Shown here: in pieces, positions 15,473-20,000 of the stretch
Layout: each line of letters begins with the position of its first letter
How positions within the stretch are numbered: the first letter of the stretch is position 1
IMG/VR virus record: IMGVR_UViG_3300010998_001248
DNA: 20,000 nucleotides
Strand: one strand, 5' to 3'
Origin: an uncultured virus (IMG/VR IMGVR_UViG_3300010998_001248)
Lineage: Duplodnaviria > Heunggongvirae > Uroviricota > Caudoviricetes
Notes under the pieces: model-generated
Told to the model about the DNA's origin: nothing
Databases searched by the model: none
The model's input: only the letters and a program-made list of their open reading frames with translations
Translations under genes and position numbers: made by a program

Positions 15473-17470
15473 TCACTCCTCTTTTATTGACAGGTCTTTG
15501 ATTGTACTTTCTTCCGGTATGAAAATGAACTCAAAATCCGTTGCAAGACTACCTCTCCTTGCTTTACCGATATATACACATATATGGTTTTTTACATCCA
15601 TGTACTGATCTGGAGTCAATTTTGGGTCTGAATCCGGTTTCCATGCTAATACAACATAATCACCGCTTGCTTCTAAATCACCTGTTCCTTTTAGCATTTT
15701 AACTGTAGGTCTTAGGTAATTATCACCAGTTCTATTGAGCTGTGACAGAATGAAAAGCATTGTGTTGAATTTCTTTGCTAATACTTTTGTGTATTTAGCA
15801 GCTTTACTTTGCTCTTCAAAAGTATCTGCTCTCAAGTATTGGAAATAGTCAATAATGACTAAATCAGTTTTCCCTTCTTTCCATACTCTTGTATTAGCTA
15901 AGGCAATTCGTTCTTCAATATCCTGCATTGAAAGATTACTTGTATCAATAATCAAAATATGTTCTTTCAGTTTTTCTTTAATCTTTTGCAGGATCATAGC
16001 TTGCTGACCATTCTTAGCCATTTCCTTTACTTCAAAAATGCTTTTGTGCATCAACCTACCTATGATTCTTTCATAGAATGCTCCAGCACTCATTTCAAGG
16101 CTGAAAACAAGTACATTGTGATTCATTCGCACAGCATTATGTAATGCTGTTTCTACCGCAAACATTGTCTTATATGTACCAGGACACCCTGCCCAAAAGA
16201 CAACATCATCACTTCTTAGTTCCATAGCAGAATCAATACTTGCAAATCCAATCCCTAATGTAGCTTCACCAATTAAATCCATGTACTCAGAAAAGCCATC
16301 ATCTACAGTTTTAAATTCTTTGAGTATTTCTTCACTGGTTGAATCAATGCTTGTCAGTAGTTTTACATCCTCAATAGCACGATTCCACCTTTTAGCAAGC
16401 CAGGAAACTATATCAGCTTTATTAATAGGATTTCTGATATTCTTCAGGAAATCAGATGCAACATTGTATTCCTGCTGTACATCAATACATCCATCTAATA
16501 GTAACTTTATTGCTGCAAACTCAATTGGTATAGATTCTAAAGATTCAATTTCATATCCTGCTACAAGACAATCATCAAAATCTTTACAGTCTTTCGGCAT
16601 TTGAACAACTCTTACATCAAGCTTAGGAGCAATGGTCTTGAACTTCTCCATAACACGAGGTATCTTACTTTGTCCTGCATTATCACCATCAGGAGCAAAC
16701 ATAATCACTGTGTTAGGATTGTATTTGACCATATCCTTTATATCGCTAATCTGACCTTTAGTTAATTCGCTGCCGCAATATGCCACACAAGCCAATCCTT
16801 GCTGATATGCTGCCATGCAATCAATGTACCCTTCGACAATATAGAGCTTTTGAGTTTTGCTAATCATACTCTTGGCTCTGTACTGATTAAACAGGAACTC
16901 TGATTTATCGTATAATTCGTTATTAGTCGAATTAACATATTTAGGCAACACATCAAGGTTTCGTTTAACAAATGCTACGATCCTTCCGTTTTTGTCATGT
17001 AAAGGAATGATAATTGCTTTACTTCTGGAATTATCATAGCCAACATAAAAGGCATCTAATGTTTCTTTTGTAATACCTCTCTTTTGTTGCATGTATTCAG
17101 CAATAACAGCCTGTTTAGAATAACATTTGTTAGCAATAGATTGATTCTTTTCATATAGTGTTTTCTGTCTTTGATAATCTTCATCTTTAGATATATCAAT
17201 GTTTGCTTCTCTTGCTAACATTTCTATTGCTTCAGAATAAGATATGTTTTCCAGTTCAGAAACAAAAGTTATAATGTTTCCTCCCTTACCGCAGCTAAAG
17301 CAACAGAATGAGTTATCTTCAGGATATACAGCTAAACTGTTTGTGTTCTTACCTCCATGCAGAGGACAGACACCACGATAGGTATTACCGCTTTTTCTCA
17401 ATTTTGTGATATTGCTGATATAATCGACAATATCCATGTTCTCAATGATTGAATCTACTGCACTTTTCAT
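15473..17470 (-). CDS. Fused DnaG-type primase / DnaB-type (SF4) helicase
   Basis: CHC2 zinc finger (CPLH...CFSC); PKYVNS; TOPRIM VEGYID...PDGDNAG...KDFDD; helicase GCPGTYKT, FSLEM, IIDYFQ, LSQLNR and KARRG. Confidence 0.92.
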   Translation of the reverse strand: MKSAVDSIIENMDIVDYISNITKLRKSGNTYRGVCPLHGGKNTNSLAVYPEDNSFCCFSCGKGGNIITFVSELENISYSEAIEMLAREANIDISKDEDYQRQKTLYEKNQSIANKCYSKQAVIAEYMQQKRGITKETLDAFYVGYDNSRSKAIIIPLHDKNGRIVAFVKRNLDVLPKYVNSTNNELYDKSEFLFNQYRAKSMISKTQKLYIVEGYIDCMAAYQQGLACVAYCGSELTKGQISDIKDMVKYNPNTVIMFAPDGDNAGQSKIPRVMEKFKTIAPKLDVRVVQMPKDCKDFDDCLVAGYEIESLESIPIEFAAIKLLLDGCIDVQQEYNVASDFLKNIRNPINKADIVSWLAKRWNRAIEDVKLLTSIDSTSEEILKEFKTVDDGFSEYMDLIGEATLGIGFASIDSAMELRSDDVVFWAGCPGTYKTMFAVETALHNAVRMNHNVLVFSLEMSAGAFYERIIGRLMHKSIFEVKEMAKNGQQAMILQKIKEKLKEHILIIDTSNLSMQDIEERIALANTRVWKEGKTDLVIIDYFQYLRADTFEEQSKAAKYTKVLAKKFNTMLFILSQLNRTGDNYLRPTVKMLKGTGDLEASGDYVVLAWKPDSDPKLTPDQYMDVKNHICVYIGKARRGSLATDFEFIFIPEESTIKDLSIKEE

Positions 17471-17859
17471 AAGAAATCTTTCAAGTCAAAATCTTTGTAT
17501 TCTTGAGCTTGAAGTTTAGAGGTTTCCTCCTTTCTTATGCACTCCATTTTTTCATCACGATATTTATAGGCTTCTTTTATTGCCTGGTAGATACTCATGC
17601 TTTTGTAATCAAGATGTTCAAAGTAATCTTTAACAATCACTAAATCCTGCTCACTAAAGCTATTAAGTATTGCCTTTTTAACTCCCATCCATGCACCCCA
17701 ATTAATTTTCTTGTTGATAAGAAACTTATCTTTGTTGCATTTCAGAAAGTAGAGCCTAATTATCAGATTTACTCTTTTCTCCGCTGGTAGCTTTTGAAAC
17801 TCTGCTGCTTTTAGGCTTCGGAGGTTTCCGGATCGTGATGTATTTTTTGTTGATTTCAA
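17467..17859 (-). CDS. Hypothetical protein upstream of the primase-helicase (start uncertain)
   Basis: ATGA overlap with the primase start; candidate starts are TTG 17859 (GGAG 6 nt upstream) or ATT 17760. Confidence 0.65.
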   Translation of the reverse strand: MKSTKNTSRSGNLRSLKAAEFQKLPAEKRVNLIIRLYFLKCNKDKFLINKKINWGAWMGVKKAILNSFSEQDLVIVKDYFEHLDYKSMSIYQAIKEAYKYRDEKMECIRKEETSKLQAQEYKDFDLKDFL

Positions 17860-18079
17860 ACTTTGCTCCGAACCTTGTTCGTTCAACACACTTAATCCCC
17901 TTCCTTAACAGCTTATTGATTTCTACATTATCAGCGCACCAGACAGTAGCAATATCAGATGATTTATCATAATTAATGACTGTTTCCTTCTCTTCAGGAG
18001 TCAGCTTTACCATCCTGATTTTCTGAGCAGGAACTTTTTTTTTCTTTACTGCTGCTGTTTTCGTTTTAGCTGTTCTCAA
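17756..18079 (-). CDS. Hypothetical protein, 107 aa (EKETVINYD...ATVW...INKL motif)
   Basis: TTG start overlapping the ERF stop (TTGA); GAGGAG upstream. Confidence 0.75.
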   Translation of the reverse strand: MRTAKTKTAAVKKKKVPAQKIRMVKLTPEEKETVINYDKSSDIATVWCADNVEINKLLRKGIKCVERTRFGAKFEINKKYITIRKPPKPKSSRVSKATSGEKSKSDN

Positions 18080-18774
18080 GACAGTTTCAACTCCTCAACC
18101 GCCTTCTGGCATACCGCTTGCATTTCTCCCTGTTTGCCAGCAGACCATACTACATAGTTTTTGTCTTTTTCTGCAACTTCCCTCAGAGTTTTCCCTTTAT
18201 GCTTACCGAAAGTGAAAACTGTATCTAAATAATCAGCAGATACTTTTTCTTTGTCTACAGGCTTCTCCTGTTTCAATGCATCAGAAGGAATATCGTCAGG
18301 ATCGGATTCCTGGCTACCAAGCCACAACATCTGTTTCTGCAAGTACTTGAATGCACCAGTTTCAGCTTTATAAATACCCTTGTCACCGCTATCAGAACCT
18401 TGACCACCCATGGTCATATATTCGCATTCGCCTGTATCTGCATCCGTCAGCTTGTACTGAATAACTACAGTAGTAAGACCATTTTCAACTTTTTCAACTT
18501 TGAACTGTACAGGAATGATTGTAATATTATATTTCAGCAAACCTTCACGTACAGCAGCAGTTACATCTTCTTCTTTCTGGTAGTTATAATTGGTGTTCTT
18601 AAATGCTACTTTGCCTTCTTTTTTCACATAAGAAACCATTTCCATAACTTTTAAGATTTTCTGGTGTAAGTTTAATGGCTTTTCTTTTTTTACTTCGTTA
18701 TTAGTAGTTGTTGTGGTTTCTGCAATAACTTCTTCAGCAACAGTTTCTTTTTCTACAGTTTTTTTAGCTGTCAT
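18076..18774 (-). CDS. ERF-family single-strand annealing protein with a C-terminal FGKHKG domain
   Basis: NLHQKI, NYNYQ.EEDV, G.G.D.GDK..YKA.TGA.KY and DPD motifs, then FTFGKHKGKTL.EV...D..YV.W. Confidence 0.85.
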   Translation of the reverse strand: MTAKKTVEKETVAEEVIAETTTTTNNEVKKEKPLNLHQKILKVMEMVSYVKKEGKVAFKNTNYNYQKEEDVTAAVREGLLKYNITIIPVQFKVEKVENGLTTVVIQYKLTDADTGECEYMTMGGQGSDSGDKGIYKAETGAFKYLQKQMLWLGSQESDPDDIPSDALKQEKPVDKEKVSADYLDTVFTFGKHKGKTLREVAEKDKNYVVWSAGKQGEMQAVCQKAVEELKLS

Positions 18775-18814
18775 ATTTACTCCTTTTAATTCAAATAGTA
18801 GTTAAAGTTAATAC

Positions 18815-19840
18815 TCAAGGCAATAAAAAATCAGGATTGATCGCTTTAAAAGAATAACGATTCCGCTGATAAGCATTGTTTTCTTTCTTAATCAAGTCAA
18901 GCTCCTCTTTTCTTAGCCGGAATACAATACCCTCTCTTTGCTGTTTTTCGTTCAATTCTGAATATGCTCTTGACATTTCAATTAAATAATCAACATCATT
19001 TTTCATAATGAAGTTTTTGAAAATCAAGGGAACTTTAGGCAATCCCATAAAGTCAACAATCTCAGCACCTAATCCCTCATACGGAGAGAACTGTTCTTTA
19101 GTTTCAAGATTGATTACATTAAAAACAGCAAGGCAATTAGTATTGTCAACTTTGTATTTATTTTTCTGTACCTTGCTACCATAAACTTCACCTTGAATCG
19201 CAAACTCAATGCCAAATTTTTCTTTTGTGGCTTTCATCTTATTTTCCATGTCATATTTATTAAAGACAACGGCATAAGGACTCTCTTCATCTTTGTTGGT
19301 TAAATGATTTCTGGTACAGATACCTACTTCATCATCACGAATAAAACAAGTAAATGATGTTCCATCAACTTTTTCCGTAACGATAAACTTTTTACCAACA
19401 TATCTATCCAAATCAAGCAAAGTCTGAACACGCTCTTCATCTGTTTTTTCGATAAAAGCAGGAAAACCACCGATACTCTTAGCTACTCCACCTTTATAGA
19501 ACTCAACTTCCGGAGGTTCAAACTTTGTAACTCCTAAACCAGCAGTTACATCAGCTCCTTCTAAGATAGATAATGGCATCACTAATCCCTGGCTTAACAC
19601 ACCACGAATCTTTTTAGGTTTAAGTGTTTTAATCTTTCCTTTAGAGTTCCGTAAGAAATCAAACTCTTCTCTATCAGGGCAAATACTGTCAGGCTCAATA
19701 TAAACTACTAAATCGCCTACTTTAAATTCGCCTTTTCTGATTACAACATCCCAACCTAAAATCCTTGCTAATTCTACAGCATCAGCATTTTCGATAGGTT
19801 TAATATCTTTAATGCGCTGTACACTTGCTAATTTTCTAAT
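18815..19840 (-). CDS. ATP-dependent RNA ligase, DRB0094/Rnl5 family
   Basis: N-terminal OB (RKLASVQRI...IENAD.VE...GW.VV), TEKVDGTS (motif I), QGEVYG, REGIV and FKAIN. Start is ATG 19849 or, more likely, ATT 19840. Confidence 0.9.
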   Translation of the reverse strand: MRKLASVQRIKDIKPIENADAVELARILGWDVVIRKGEFKVGDLVVYIEPDSICPDREEFDFLRNSKGKIKTLKPKKIRGVLSQGLVMPLSILEGADVTAGLGVTKFEPPEVEFYKGGVAKSIGGFPAFIEKTDEERVQTLLDLDRYVGKKFIVTEKVDGTSFTCFIRDDEVGICTRNHLTNKDEESPYAVVFNKYDMENKMKATKEKFGIEFAIQGEVYGSKVQKNKYKVDNTNCLAVFNVINLETKEQFSPYEGLGAEIVDFMGLPKVPLIFKNFIMKNDVDYLIEMSRAYSELNEKQQREGIVFRLRKEELDLIKKENNAYQRNRYSFKAINPDFLLP

Positions 19841-20000
19841 GGCTATCATACTCCTTTTTTAAATCAACAATTTCAATCTTATCAAACCATTGCTCCATTG
19901 CTAAGAAATCATTAATATAATTCATTGCCACCTCCATATTTTCAAAAGTTTCCTCAACAGGAGTATTGGTTTTGTGAAAAGTAAGTTTAACTAAAATCAT
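19836..20000 (-). CDS. Hypothetical protein, 54 aa or more (MILVKLTFHK...KKEYDSH)
   Basis: Open frame from ATG at 20000 to TAG at 19836-19838; upstream context lies outside the window. Confidence 0.65.
   Translation of the reverse strand: MILVKLTFHKTNTPVEETFENMEVAMNYINDFLAMEQWFDKIEIVDLKKEYDSH

Noticed and set aside
6942..18654. + strand ORFs of 60-178 aa antisense to the replication operon
   Set aside because: They overlap well-supported minus-strand genes and lack RBSs and motifs.
1..20000. tRNA/rRNA genes; proof of genome-wide TAG recoding
   Set aside because: No tRNA- or rRNA-like sequence was seen. There is only one suspicious TAG, and two other TAGs behave as stops, so recoding is left as a hypothesis.

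Overview
A 20-kb segment of a low-GC tailed-phage genome, probably temperate and probably from a Firmicutes host (inferred from GGAG(G)-type RBSs and a sigmaA-consensus promoter). It has three parts. (1) 1-4190: a very AT-rich + strand array of small unknown genes sharing a near-identical RBS block, with one gene split by a complete IS21-family element (572-2955, istA/istB, 6-bp target duplication AAATGC). (2) 4190-6490: a switch region with a repeat-rich non-coding stretch, an HTH/coiled-coil gene resembling a small terminase subunit, a (TTTTGA)-rich repeat block, and a divergent short tyrosine recombinase with a perfect promoter. (3) 6492-20000: a long minus-strand replication and nucleotide-metabolism operon encoding an RNA ligase, ERF annealase, primase-helicase fusion, Cas4-like exonuclease, dNMP kinase, resolvase-like nuclease, SSB, class II RNR, a ThyX-like protein, dUTPase and a sigma-like regulator. 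The most unusual signals are recurrent ATT/ATA start codons (often overlapping the upstream stop as ATTAR), an in-frame TAG that seems to cut a gene 21 codons early, and the repeat architecture around the putative terS/recombinase pair. All family assignments come from motif recognition by eye; no searches were run.
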